A DNA stretch of 64,000 bases, taken from positions 5,335 through 69,334 of the IMG/VR virus record IMGVR_UViG_3300008255_000136. One strand, given 5' to 3'. Positions within the stretch are counted from its first letter, which is position 1. Each line of letters opens with the position of its first letter. The translations under genes and the position numbers were made by a program. Origin of the DNA: a virus. Its lineage: Duplodnaviria > Caudoviricetes. Of this stretch, positions 40,173 through 50,800 are shown one piece after another. Below the pieces are notes generated by a model. That model was not told the DNA's origin and searched no databases. It saw only the letters and a list, made by a program, of their open reading frames with translations.

Positions 40173-40973
40173 ATGGCAATAACAGAAAAATGGCTAAATG
40201 TTCTTCTTGAGGAAGATGAAAAAGACGGAAAAGATCCGATGGAGGACTATGCGCTATATATTGATGCTGGCCGACATAGTTCTGATTACATTCTTTATAA
40301 GCCAAAATACTATGCTCAAAGAATAAAAGAAGATATTGACAAATCTCTTAAGGATTTTAATAAAATTCCTTTTAAAGGTAATCAATTTAGTAAATTTAAA
40401 GATTTTTATGCTTTTTCAAATGTAAAAGACATTTTTAAAGATCCAAAAGGTGTTTATGGGTTTGTAAGCGTAAATAATGGCCGAATTATTGGACTTAGAG
40501 GTTCTTGCAATAGAGCAAATGAAATTCGTTCAATTGCAACACGAGAAGGTTTTGGACGACTTATGTTCATGATTGCTCTAGCAAAAGAATCTCCGATTAT
40601 GCCTAATAGAGAAGAAATTTCTACAAAGGCATATGATTACTGGAGTATCTTTAATAAAAATCCAATTATTAAAAAAGAGCCTTTTTCAAATGAAAAAAGA
40701 CTTGCAAAAAAAGACAATGATGACTGTAAAACATATGGAAATATTGTTCTTGATAAAAGCTATAAAAGCGAAAGCGACATAGCAATAGAGGCACAGCCGT
40801 TGTTGAATCGTCATAAAATTTTTTTGCATCAAATGAAAAATTACTTACAAAAAAATGGAGTAGATTTCATTTTGTCAAGAATTAAACAATATATTGCTGA
40901 TGCAGGATCTTACTTTTTTGATGAGCAAAGGGGCGAAGATGGCTGGTACGAAAGCTATGATGAAAATGATTAA
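40173..40973 (+). CDS. GNAT-like acetyltransferase; probable virion-packaged effector
   Basis: IRSIATREGFGRLMF (motif A-like) and PNREEISTKAYDYW; leader ITEKWLNVLLEE. Confidence 0.5.
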   Translation: MAITEKWLNVLLEEDEKDGKDPMEDYALYIDAGRHSSDYILYKPKYYAQRIKEDIDKSLKDFNKIPFKGNQFSKFKDFYAFSNVKDIFKDPKGVYGFVSVNNGRIIGLRGSCNRANEIRSIATREGFGRLMFMIALAKESPIMPNREEISTKAYDYWSIFNKNPIIKKEPFSNEKRLAKKDNDDCKTYGNIVLDKSYKSESDIAIEAQPLLNRHKIFLHQMKNYLQKNGVDFILSRIKQYIADAGSYFFDEQRGEDGWYESYDEND

Positions 40974-41009
40974 TATTTAACAATATAATAAAAAGATATA
41001 TAAAAACAT

Positions 41010-41570
41010 ATGATATGTGGACTTGACATAAGTACAAGCATTACCGGATATACAATTCTTGATATGGATGGAAACCTTGTAGAAATTGGTCATTTTGAAC
41101 TTTATAAGATAAAAGGTACAATTTGGGACAAGGTTGATAATATGAAAAAAAATATTATAGATCTTGGAAAAAGATATAAACTAACCCATATCTTTATTGA
41201 AGAGCCATTATCAAAGTTTTCTCGTGGTAAGTCTTCTTCGTCAACAATTTCATTACTAATGAGATTTAACGGAATATTGTCTTATATTATTCATGATTAT
41301 TTGGCAATCGACCCTGTTTATTATTCTCCATCACAAGCAAGAAAATTGTGTGGACTAAAAATGATGAGCAAGACTGCTTGCAAAAAAGCAAAAATACCCT
41401 GGAAGCCTCAAAAACAACAGGCATTTGATCAAATGAACAAGCGGCCTCCATTTAATGGAACTTATAATTGGCCACTAAAGAGAACAGGAAAGTTAAAAGA
41501 TTACTGCTATGATCAAATGGATAGCTTTGTGATTGCAAGGGCGGGTTTTATTGAATTGAAGAATATTTAA
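41010..41570 (+). CDS. ruvC: RuvC-like Holliday junction resolvase
   Basis: ICGLDISTSITG, IFIEE, D-QMDSFVIA catalytic pattern. Confidence 0.85.
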   Translation: MICGLDISTSITGYTILDMDGNLVEIGHFELYKIKGTIWDKVDNMKKNIIDLGKRYKLTHIFIEEPLSKFSRGKSSSSTISLLMRFNGILSYIIHDYLAIDPVYYSPSQARKLCGLKMMSKTACKKAKIPWKPQKQQAFDQMNKRPPFNGTYNWPLKRTGKLKDYCYDQMDSFVIARAGFIELKNI

Positions 41571-41585
41571 CCTAAAGAGGTTGCA

Positions 41586-42176
41586 ATGTCCAAATGGGAT
41601 AATACAGTTAAGTTTCTTCAAAAAGAAATAAAAGGTTTTAATGTAAACGAAAAAGACGGAGTGTGGCATCAGGCTTTTCTTGGTAAGCTTTTGTTTTTTT
41701 CAAAATACATGAGAATGTGGACAACCCTGTATCCCAAGGTTTGGAAACCAAAGGGAAGGTTTAATGACTATGGAGTTCTTCAGCATGAAGGAGTTCATCT
41801 TATAGATGCCCAGACTTTATATGGAACTTTCAAGCCATTGCCTGTTTTGAAGTGGATAAATGTTATTCTTTTTAGCATGATTTATATATCTCCTCAGATT
41901 TTTGCTCTTTTGGCATTGGGGGCAATAGGGGGCAATTTATGGTGGCTATTATCTCTTCTTTTTCTTTTGCCCTGGCCGTCACCAGGCAGAATGTGGACAG
42001 AAGTAAGAGCTTATAGAAGGACAAGAGAATTGGGAAGTTCTGTTGAAGGCATGGTGGAAAATTTTACAAAAGAAAAGTATTATTTCATGTGGCCATTTCC
42101 AAACCATGTTAGAAAACTATTAAAGAAAAGCTCTCCATATAAAAATGAAATGGATGAAATAATTAACAGGGAATAA
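41586..42176 (+). CDS. Membrane-bound HExxH zinc metallopeptidase-like protein
   Basis: LQHEGVH at 41784-41798, downstream EVRAY, two to three hydrophobic segments between them. Confidence 0.65.
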   Translation: MSKWDNTVKFLQKEIKGFNVNEKDGVWHQAFLGKLLFFSKYMRMWTTLYPKVWKPKGRFNDYGVLQHEGVHLIDAQTLYGTFKPLPVLKWINVILFSMIYISPQIFALLALGAIGGNLWWLLSLLFLLPWPSPGRMWTEVRAYRRTRELGSSVEGMVENFTKEKYYFMWPFPNHVRKLLKKSSPYKNEMDEIINRE

Positions 42177-42583
42177 TGCTAAAAACATTAAAAGAGGTTT
42201 TCGGAGATATTCCAACATATATGATGGGAATAGCCTTTGAAACATACACTTACGATCAAGATAAAAACATGAACGTTAAGCGAAAAGGCTGGGAACTTCC
42301 ATATATGGAGGTTGACGCAAATGAGATAGATGCTTACGCTTCAAAGTATCAAGTGCCAGCGAGAGAAACAGGTGACGCAAGAAAAACCTGGGAAACAGAA
42401 GAACCTTTTAAAGATGGCATGTCTGGTGATGAAACCTATTACACCATTTATGTAAAGCACTTAGATGGTTCCGATATTGGAAAAGACGAATTTCACGATA
42501 TAAATGAAAAATTAAAAGATGACATGAGCGGCTTTGGAACAGGAATGAAAGTAACTCCAAGGCCATTGGTTATGGGATATTAG
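42176..42583 (+). CDS. Acidic hypothetical protein
   Basis: 135-aa ORF coupled by a TAATG overlap. Confidence 0.6.
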   Translation: MLKTLKEVFGDIPTYMMGIAFETYTYDQDKNMNVKRKGWELPYMEVDANEIDAYASKYQVPARETGDARKTWETEEPFKDGMSGDETYYTIYVKHLDGSDIGKDEFHDINEKLKDDMSGFGTGMKVTPRPLVMGY

Positions 42584-42600
42584 CATTCGAAATATAAAAG

Positions 42601-42622
42601 ACAAAACTCTATTGAGTTTTGT
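42601..42622 (+). terminator. Hairpin ACAAAACTC-TATT-GAGTTTTGT
   Basis: Perfect 9-bp inverted repeat followed by AATTTT, between the stop at 42583 and the primase start. Confidence 0.55.
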
Positions 42623-42632
42623 AATTTTGGTT

Positions 42633-43631
42633 ATGGGAGAAGTTCACGCATCTGCTGAAAAAATAGAATTTATTGAAAGAGCGTTTGGAAAGTCCGAAGT
42701 TTATACAAAGGGAAACATTCAAGTAAAATGCCCCAAGTGCCAAGAGAAAGCGATTAAAACTGGAATTCCTCTTCGAAAAAGAAAATTAGCTATCAACATA
42801 TTTAAAGGAGACATATTTCATTGTTGGCATTGTCCTTATCGGGGAAGGTTGGTGAGGGCACTGAATGAATATTGTCGACCAGCGCTTCTCATAGAATATT
42901 TGAATAGATTTGCCGATCAGAAAACAATGTCCGCTGGCGTTGAAGATCAGCCAAGAAAAAAAGAGCTGACGCTCCCTATGGACTTTAAATTGCTCGCTCT
43001 AAATCAAAATAGTAAAGATATAGCAGTTAAAAAAGCAATAGATTACGCGAAATCAAGAGGGATGACAGAGAGAGATTTTTGGTATTTTAAAATTGGAATA
43101 TCTGATGAATGGACTTGGAGAAATAGAATACTTTTTCCATCTTTTGATAAAAATGGAAACTTTAACTATATGGTTGGTCGTTCTTGGCTAAAAGAACCGA
43201 AGTATCCATATTGGGATACTTCTGTCGATGCAACTTCCATCATTTTTAATGAAATTAATATTGATTGGAAAAAAGAAATAATTATAACAGAAGGCCTTTT
43301 GGATTTGGTAAAATGTACTGACAATTCGGTGCCTTTGCTTGGTTCTGACTTAAAGGCGTACAGTGCCTTGTTTGGAATGATAGTAAAGCATAAAACACCA
43401 GTTTTGTTAGCTATGGATAAAGACATGGTTTATAAAAAAATGCCAAACGTAGCAAGTCTTTTTCTGAAAGCAGGAATTTCTTTACGTGTTTTAAATATGG
43501 GAAAATACGGAGACGTAGGAGAAATGACCAAAGAAGAATTCTTAAAAAGAAAAGAAGAAGCTCAGATTTGGGATTCTTTTTCTTTACTTACAAATAAAAT
43601 AAACTCAATAACAAGTAGATCAATTTTATGA
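42633..43631 (+). CDS. DNA primase (DnaG/T4 gp61-like)
   Basis: Zn finger CPKC...CWHC, RNRILFP, GR, TOPRIM ITEGLLD and AMDKD; ATG 42633 preferred because TTG 42612 lies inside the hairpin. Confidence 0.9.
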   Translation: MGEVHASAEKIEFIERAFGKSEVYTKGNIQVKCPKCQEKAIKTGIPLRKRKLAINIFKGDIFHCWHCPYRGRLVRALNEYCRPALLIEYLNRFADQKTMSAGVEDQPRKKELTLPMDFKLLALNQNSKDIAVKKAIDYAKSRGMTERDFWYFKIGISDEWTWRNRILFPSFDKNGNFNYMVGRSWLKEPKYPYWDTSVDATSIIFNEINIDWKKEIIITEGLLDLVKCTDNSVPLLGSDLKAYSALFGMIVKHKTPVLLAMDKDMVYKKMPNVASLFLKAGISLRVLNMGKYGDVGEMTKEEFLKRKEEAQIWDSFSLLTNKINSITSRSIL

Positions 43632-46600
43632 AAATAGCTCATTTCGCAGATATTCACTTTAGACCATTGGACAGGCATGAAGAATATTGTCAAGCCTTTC
43701 AGTATTTTTTTGACAATGCAAAACTATTAAAAGTTGATGCAATCGTCCTTGCAGGAGATATTCTTCATGAAAAAACTCAAAGGATTACTCCTGAAGTAAT
43801 CGAAATGGTTGCTTGGCTCTTTACAGAGTTGGCCAAGGTAGCGCCAACTTATATTATTTTAGGAAACCATGATGGAAATCTAAAAAATTTGCATAGGAAA
43901 GATGCAATTTCTCCAATAATAAAAGCACTAAATAATCCAAACATAAATTTATTTTTGAAATCTGGTGTATATCCTTTAAATGAAAAGATTAATTTTTGTG
44001 CATATTCTCCATTTGATGAGAAAGGATGGGAAGATGTAAAGCCAGAACAAGGGAAAATTAATATTTGTTTGTTTCATGGCTCTGTACAAGGCTCAACAAC
44101 AGATCTTGGATATGAATTGGACGGAGAGGTTGAAACATCATTTTTTAAAGATTATGATTTTAGCTTCCTTGGCGACATTCATAAATTGCAATTCTTAGAT
44201 AAAGATAAGAGAATTGCATATCCTGGTTCTACCTTACAACAAAATTTTGGAGAATCAATAAAGAATCATGGATTCTTATTATGGGATATTCGAGATAAAG
44301 ACGACTTTGATGTTAGACATATAGAAATTGAAAACAAAAAGCCATTTGTTACTTTAGAATGGAAAAATGATAAAGGATTGGCCGACGAGCAGAAATTTTC
44401 AAAATTTATGTTTGAGGCCAATAAATACCCAGACGGTTCTCGCTTTAGAATTTATAGCGAAAGAAAAATACCTCAGCAAGACAAGAAGAAAATTGAGTAT
44501 GAATTAAAGAATAAAAAGAAAGCATCTTTAATTGTTTATAAAAATAACAAAATTGGCTCTCCTGCTCTTGACGAAGAAACAAACAAGCAATTAAGAAGAG
44601 ATCTGCGAGACCCAGCAACGGTTTGCAAATTGTTCAAGGACTTTATTGGAGAAGGCACATTTAATGAGTCTCAGTGGAAATTTGCAAATCAAACAATTTC
44701 TAATTACTTAGAGAAATTGAATTCTGAAGACAGTACATTTAGAGGAAGAACGTGGGATCCTCGTCGTATTGAATTTGACAATATCATGCAATATGGAGAG
44801 GGCAATGTTATCAATTTTGATTCTTGTGAAGGGATTGTTGGAATATTTGCCCCAAATATGAGTGGAAAATCAACAACAATTGCTGCTATGGTATACGCTC
44901 TATTTGGAAGACTTGATAGAGAAATCCTTCAAAATCATTATCATGGAATGATTAATAATAGAAAAAAATCATGTTTTGCAAAATTTGATTTTACTGTCTC
45001 TGGTGAAAATTATCGAGTTCACAGAATAACCGAACGGGTTGAAAAGTCTGATGGTCGGTATGGTGCTAAAAATAAAATCTATTTTTATAGAATGACAGAT
45101 TCTTGGGAAGAATTGGAGCCTCTTCATAGAGAGAAACCACAAGACACAGAAAAGGCTATTCGAAAGATTGTTGGCAGTTTGGAAGACTTCAAGCTAACGG
45201 CATTGGCTAACCAGAGAAACGTTGAAGCATTTATGCGTGAACGGGTAACGACAAGAAAGCAGCACCTAGCAAGATTTAGAGATTTGCAGCCGTTAGACTT
45301 TCTTTCTACTCAGGCAAATTTAGATTGGTCAACTCAAAAATCAATGCTAAAGGCGTTGACGGCTCTTGATTGGGATGCTGCAATATTTGGTCTTCAATCT
45401 GAAAAGGAAAAACTTACACAAAAGATTGAAGACTATGAGTCTTTATTGGAAATTCTTCGTGAAGGACTTTCAAAAACAAAGGAAGATCTTATAAAAAAAG
45501 ATGCTGCAAATATTGTTGATCAAGATGATCTTGATATACAGCAGGCGGTAGTTGATGCTTTTGAACAAGATAAAAGCAAAATAGAGCTACAAATTGAAGC
45601 TGTTATTGAGAGAAAGCGTGAACTTCAATTGCAAATCGACGATATTGTAAATAAAAAAAGCAAGATAGATCTTGACAAAATTCGTAAAAAGTTAGCAAAA
45701 AAGAATGAGCTTGAAAAACAGATTTCTGGCTTGCAAGAAAAGCTAAAAGCAGCAATAAAGACATTAGAACAAAAAGAAAAGACTGTAAAGAAACTTGACG
45801 TAGTTCCATGTGGAGATCAATTTCCAACTTGTATGTATATTAAAGATGCCCACATTGAAAAAGGCAAGATCTCTTCTCAAAAAGAGTTAATTCAAGAAAT
45901 TGAAATAGATATTCAAAAATGTGAAATTCTCATTGTTGATGATGTTGATTATGAAAATCAAATAACCGAATACAACAGGCTTGAAAAGAAGGAAATTGAA
46001 CTTATTAAAAAGATTTCGTCTGTTTCAGTCGAAGCCTTGGAACAAAAGCTTGAAAACATTTTAGGAAAACTTGTTTCTAGTCAAGAAAAGCTAAAGCAAA
46101 TGGAAATGAATTTTTCCGATGATGATTCAATCAAAGAACTAAAGTCAAAAGCAGAAAAAATTAAAATAGAAATAAAAGAAATTGATAATAAAAGAATTCT
46201 TTCTGCAACAAGGATTGGAAAAATAGAAAGTGACATTGATGTTCTTAGATCGGACAAAATTAAATTTGAACAAATAAATGACAAATGCATAATCTTTGAA
46301 CAATTGTCATTTGCATTCGGAAAGAAAGGAATTCCAAATCAAATTTTGAGAATGGATTTACCTGCCATCAATTCAGAGATTAGAGATATTCTTGAAGATA
46401 TTGATGAAGTTGATGCTGTTGAATTTGAACTAGAAGAAGAAAGCGACAAATTGGATATTTATGTAGAGAGCAACAATACAAGAATACCCATAGAATTATG
46501 CTCTGGGGCGCAGCTCGTGATTGCTTCTATCGCTCTGCGAGTAGGACTAATGAGAGCAAGCAACTTGCCAAAGCCAGATATGTTTATTCTTGATGAGCCT

Positions 46601-46774
46601 TTTGAGAGCACAGATAGCTCACGCGTTGACTCAATCGTAAGAATGATTGAGTCATTGAAGAAATGGTTCAAAAAGGTAATATTGATTACACATCTGGAAT
46701 CAATAAAAGGAACGGCAGATACTTTAATCGAAGTTACAGTAAAAGGACAAAACTCTCATGTATGTCATGAGTAA
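43628..46774 (+). CDS. Fused Mre11/SbcD nuclease and Rad50/SbcC ATPase
   Basis: ADIH, AGD, GNHD, LGDIH phosphoesterase motifs; Walker A APNMSGKST; long coiled coil with PCGDQFPTC; CSGAQ signature; ILDEP Walker B; ITH. Confidence 0.92.
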   Translation: MKIAHFADIHFRPLDRHEEYCQAFQYFFDNAKLLKVDAIVLAGDILHEKTQRITPEVIEMVAWLFTELAKVAPTYIILGNHDGNLKNLHRKDAISPIIKALNNPNINLFLKSGVYPLNEKINFCAYSPFDEKGWEDVKPEQGKINICLFHGSVQGSTTDLGYELDGEVETSFFKDYDFSFLGDIHKLQFLDKDKRIAYPGSTLQQNFGESIKNHGFLLWDIRDKDDFDVRHIEIENKKPFVTLEWKNDKGLADEQKFSKFMFEANKYPDGSRFRIYSERKIPQQDKKKIEYELKNKKKASLIVYKNNKIGSPALDEETNKQLRRDLRDPATVCKLFKDFIGEGTFNESQWKFANQTISNYLEKLNSEDSTFRGRTWDPRRIEFDNIMQYGEGNVINFDSCEGIVGIFAPNMSGKSTTIAAMVYALFGRLDREILQNHYHGMINNRKKSCFAKFDFTVSGENYRVHRITERVEKSDGRYGAKNKIYFYRMTDSWEELEPLHREKPQDTEKAIRKIVGSLEDFKLTALANQRNVEAFMRERVTTRKQHLARFRDLQPLDFLSTQANLDWSTQKSMLKALTALDWDAAIFGLQSEKEKLTQKIEDYESLLEILREGLSKTKEDLIKKDAANIVDQDDLDIQQAVVDAFEQDKSKIELQIEAVIERKRELQLQIDDIVNKKSKIDLDKIRKKLAKKNELEKQISGLQEKLKAAIKTLEQKEKTVKKLDVVPCGDQFPTCMYIKDAHIEKGKISSQKELIQEIEIDIQKCEILIVDDVDYENQITEYNRLEKKEIELIKKISSVSVEALEQKLENILGKLVSSQEKLKQMEMNFSDDDSIKELKSKAEKIKIEIKEIDNKRILSATRIGKIESDIDVLRSDKIKFEQINDKCIIFEQLSFAFGKKGIPNQILRMDLPAINSEIRDILEDIDEVDAVEFELEEESDKLDIYVESNNTRIPIELCSGAQLVIASIALRVGLMRASNLPKPDMFILDEPFESTDSSRVDSIVRMIESLKKWFKKVILITHLESIKGTADTLIEVTVKGQNSHVCHE

Positions 46775-46783
46775 TTAAAAAAT

Positions 46784-47131
46784 ATGAACGATCAAACATT
46801 GAATACAATAAAATCCACAACAGACGCCAGTTTTGACTCTGATGTACTTCAGGCGTCTGGGCTTGTGCTTGTTGACTTTTGGGCCTCATGGTGCCAGCCT
46901 TGCAAACAACTTCTTCCAAAGTTGCAAAGTGTTGCAGAAGAATTTTCTGAAAAAATGAAAGTCACCAAATTGAACATTGAAGACAATCAGGCTATGACGA
47001 TCCGATACAAAATATCAAAGCTTCCCACTTTAATCTTGTTCAAAAACGGAGAAGTGGTCGATAGTATGTCAGGAAACCCAGCGCTAAGCACTGTTCGAAA
47101 TTTTGTAAAAAAGCATGTTATTGATGAATAA
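46784..47131 (+). CDS. trxA: Thioredoxin
   Basis: VLVDFWASWCQPCK active site and LPTLILFKNGEVV. Confidence 0.93.
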   Translation: MNDQTLNTIKSTTDASFDSDVLQASGLVLVDFWASWCQPCKQLLPKLQSVAEEFSEKMKVTKLNIEDNQAMTIRYKISKLPTLILFKNGEVVDSMSGNPALSTVRNFVKKHVIDE

Positions 47132-47167
47132 TTTTCTTTAAGAATTAATTAGGCTAAAATAGCTCAT

Positions 47168-47422
47168 ATGAGCTGGAAAAATATATCAAAAAATAGAATC
47201 CAGCGGGAAGCCGCTGGATTCTCTGTAATTAGGCCCAAAGACAATATTGAGCCAATTCCTCTATTTTGTCCTTTATGCAGCTTGGCTATGAAAACATTCC
47301 AAGATGCTCATTGTTGTAGAAAATGGGGGGTTTGTTATGATTGCTCTACTGTTTATGCGGAGCCAAATCGTAAAAAATGGCAAGAAGGGTGGCGCCCAGA
47401 CCTTTCTTCTGCTGGAGAATAG
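47168..47422 (+). CDS. Small Zn-finger protein
   Basis: CPLC...CYDC; TAAAAT at 47155-47160, 7 nt before the ATG. Confidence 0.65.
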   Translation: MSWKNISKNRIQREAAGFSVIRPKDNIEPIPLFCPLCSLAMKTFQDAHCCRKWGVCYDCSTVYAEPNRKKWQEGWRPDLSSAGE

Positions 47423-47430
47423 TTAATTGT

Positions 47431-47817
47431 ATGAATTTCGAAGAATACAATATCTTGGGCAATATCATTGATAGCACTTGGGGAGTTGGATCCACTAACA
47501 ATCCAAAAGGTGCATCAATGTCAGTTAAGGCAAATTTGCTAGGAGAAGATCAGCTTGTTCTTTCATTTATTTCAATTATCTCCTTTGGAGAGCCACACGA
47601 AAGAAAAAGAGAGTTTGACAAAATGTCTTCTGATTCAAGTTCAATTCTTGAAGCATGCGTAAAAAAAATAAAAGATTCTTTCAAGGATGAATCTGGCAGA
47701 ACGCTAAAAACAGAAAACTTGAGCGACAATGAAGATTGGGAGCTAATTTCTCTTGGTCAGTTCAGTGGCCGAAGGGACGCTTATTATCGACGTAAAATCG
47801 TTGTTCAGTTGAGGTAA
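47431..47817 (+). CDS. Hypothetical protein heading the terminase operon
   Basis: ATG 47431 follows ATAGTTAA after 4 nt; stop 2 nt before terL. Confidence 0.65.
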   Translation: MNFEEYNILGNIIDSTWGVGSTNNPKGASMSVKANLLGEDQLVLSFISIISFGEPHERKREFDKMSSDSSSILEACVKKIKDSFKDESGRTLKTENLSDNEDWELISLGQFSGRRDAYYRRKIVVQLR

Positions 47818-47819
47818 GA

Positions 47820-50800
47820 ATGGCCATTAACGTAAAGGCCCATCATGCAAAAGAAATATTAAGGTGCGGAAAAGATCCAATATATTTCATTAATAAATAT
47901 GTAAAGATTCAGCACCCTACAAAAGGAGCAATTCCTTTTGATACATTTGACTTTCAGGATGATTGTGTTGAAGAATTTATTAAGCATAGATTTACCATTG
48001 TTTTAAAGGCAAGGCAGCTTGGACTATCTACGGTCACAGCCGCTTATGCTTTATGGATGGTTTTATTTAGAGAAAATGCTAACGTTCTTGTTATTGCTAC
48101 AAAATTAAGCACAGCAAAAAACTTCATTGCGAAATGTAAATACATGTTAAAGATGTTGCCGCCATGGCTTATTCTTTGTGATATTTCGAGTGAAACTGTT
48201 CAAACCATTCAAACATCTCGTGGTTCTGTTTTAAAGGCTGTTCCAACATCTCCTGACGCTGGTCGTTCTGAGGCATTGTCTCTTTTGATTATTGATGAAG
48301 CTGCCTTCGTTCGTGACTTCGATGAGCTTTGGAAAGGCCTCTATCCAACTCTATCCTGCTTGACCGGAGACACATTGGTCTTGTCAGATAAAGGATTTAA
48401 AAGAATTGGGGATTATTTTGAAAATAAGAATATTGGAGATTATTTTGAATTAAATTCAAAGATTTGGGGAAAAAATGGGATTGAAGATATCTCTCATGGA
48501 TATGTTTCTCCAAAGTCAAAAGTTTTAGAAATCAGAACTCAAAGCGGCTCGACATTAAAGATCACTCCTAACCACCCTTTGTATTCATTGAAGGAAGGAA
48601 ATGAAAGGCCAAAAATGATCCCAGGAAAATATCTTTCTATTGGAGATCATCTAAGAACTTCATATGGAATGAATTCTTTTGGAGATGTCTGCATTGATGA
48701 TGACTTGGCATATATGGTTGGAGGATTTATTGCAGAAGGATGGATGACCTCAACCTCTCAAGAAAAAAATTATACAACATGGATTTCTAATACAGATGAT
48801 TCATTTAGAGATATTTTTATTAGAAATGGATTTTCTCCTGATAAATCAAACAATGAGAAATTGAGAATTTGTTCCGTTAATTTTTGTGACAAACTTAAGT
48901 CAATTGGAATTGAACCCAAAAGAAAATGTTATGAAAAAATAACTCCAAATGAAGTTTTTTCTTGGAATAAAATAGCAACTTCAAAATATCTTTCTGCATT
49001 GTTTGATGGAGATGGATCTGTTTCAGAAAGTGGAATCGTATTGAGTTCGACATCTGAGCAATTGTTGCAAGAAACAAAGATAATTCTTTCTAATTATGGG
49101 ATTTATGGAAACATCCATAAATCCACAGATTCCGAATCTAAGTTAAATTATGAACGTAAAACAGGAAGATTGTTGCCACAAGGTAAACCCGTTCAGTCTT
49201 TGCATGATTGTTGGTCAATAATAATACCAAGAAGTCAAATGAAACTTTTTTCTGAAGAGATTGGATTTAAAATTAAAAGAAAGCAACTTTTGCTTGAAAA
49301 ATATATTCAAGCATATAGCCAAGATTCTTCAAAAATATTTCAAATACCAAAATCAAATATTTATTTAAAAATAAAAGATATTGTAAAAGATTCAAATAAA
49401 AGTACTTATTGGTTTAGAAAGAATGGACTAAGACTAGATAAAATTCTTGATAAAAATATGGAAAGATATGTCAATCAAGAATTTTTAAGAAAATTAAGAG
49501 ATTTGATTGGTGAAAATTTGAAAGAAAAATATTCTTTATTTTTTGAAGAATATTTGTCTGATACTTTTAGGTGGGATAGAATTGTTTCAATATCAGAATC
49601 AGAAGATGAAGTTGTAACATATGACTTTACAGTTCCTGAAACTCATTCTTTTTTGCAAAATGGAATCCTTGGAAGCAATACAGGAGGGCGCGCAATTCTT
49701 TTGTCCTGTGTAACAGAAAATACATGGGTTTTTACTGACAAAGGGCCAACTCAAGTTAAAAACTTTATACAGCAAAAAAATAGTTTTGGCGGATATGAGA
49801 TAAGTGAATATTCTGTTTTAGGAAAGGATAAACTTAGAAATGGAACGCTATTCCATAACAATGGAAAAGTTGAGACAAAAAAAATAACGACTCAACATTC
49901 TTGGTTGGAAGGTTCTAATAATCATAAGGTTTGGGCTTGTGTTGATGGAAAATACAATTGGCATAGATTAGATCAATTAAAAGAAGGTGACTATATTGCT
50001 TATCAATATGGAATGAATTCTTGGGGTTTTAATGATGATATTTCTTGTTTTTCACATGTTCCATCGTCTAAAGAGAAAAATGTTCCAAATTTGGGAGAAA
50101 AAATAACAAAAGACCTGTCTTATATATTTGGAATGTATTTGGCCGAAGGTTCAAATTATAAAGTTTTAAATAATCAAAATGAACAAGTTGGAAATCATCT
50201 AACAATTACATGTGGAGACGATATTTCAAATATTTTTGAAAGCATTGAATTGTCTTCCAAGTCATATGACAATATGCATTATAATATTTCTTCCAAGTCT
50301 TTCGGACTTTTTCTGGAGTACGTTGGTTTTAATTTAGATCTAAAGGCAAAAGAAAAACATATACCAGACAGACTTTTGCAAATGAGCAAAGAAAACATAG
50401 CCTCCATGTTATCTGGTCTTTTTGATGGAGATGGGTATAGCAGAAGTGATCGTGGAACTATTGGAATTTCCTTATCTTCAAAAAGGCTAATAGAACAAAT
50501 AAGAATTCTTCTCAATAATTTTGGAATAATAACTGATTACTATGAGGGAACTTCTCTACCAACAGAAAAAGTTAAAGTTGAATCAAAATATTATAGGATT
50601 GAAATAAATGGAAGATATTCTAATATATTTTATGATGAAATTGGGTTTGGATTTGAAAGAAAGCAGAATAATAAAGAAAAATTAAAAGAATGTTATAACA
50701 TCTCTGCAAAAAATACAAAGGATATAATTCCAAATTCTTTGGGACTTTTGAATGAAATATATTCATATTCCTCAGAAAATTTAAATACGCTATATAAAAA

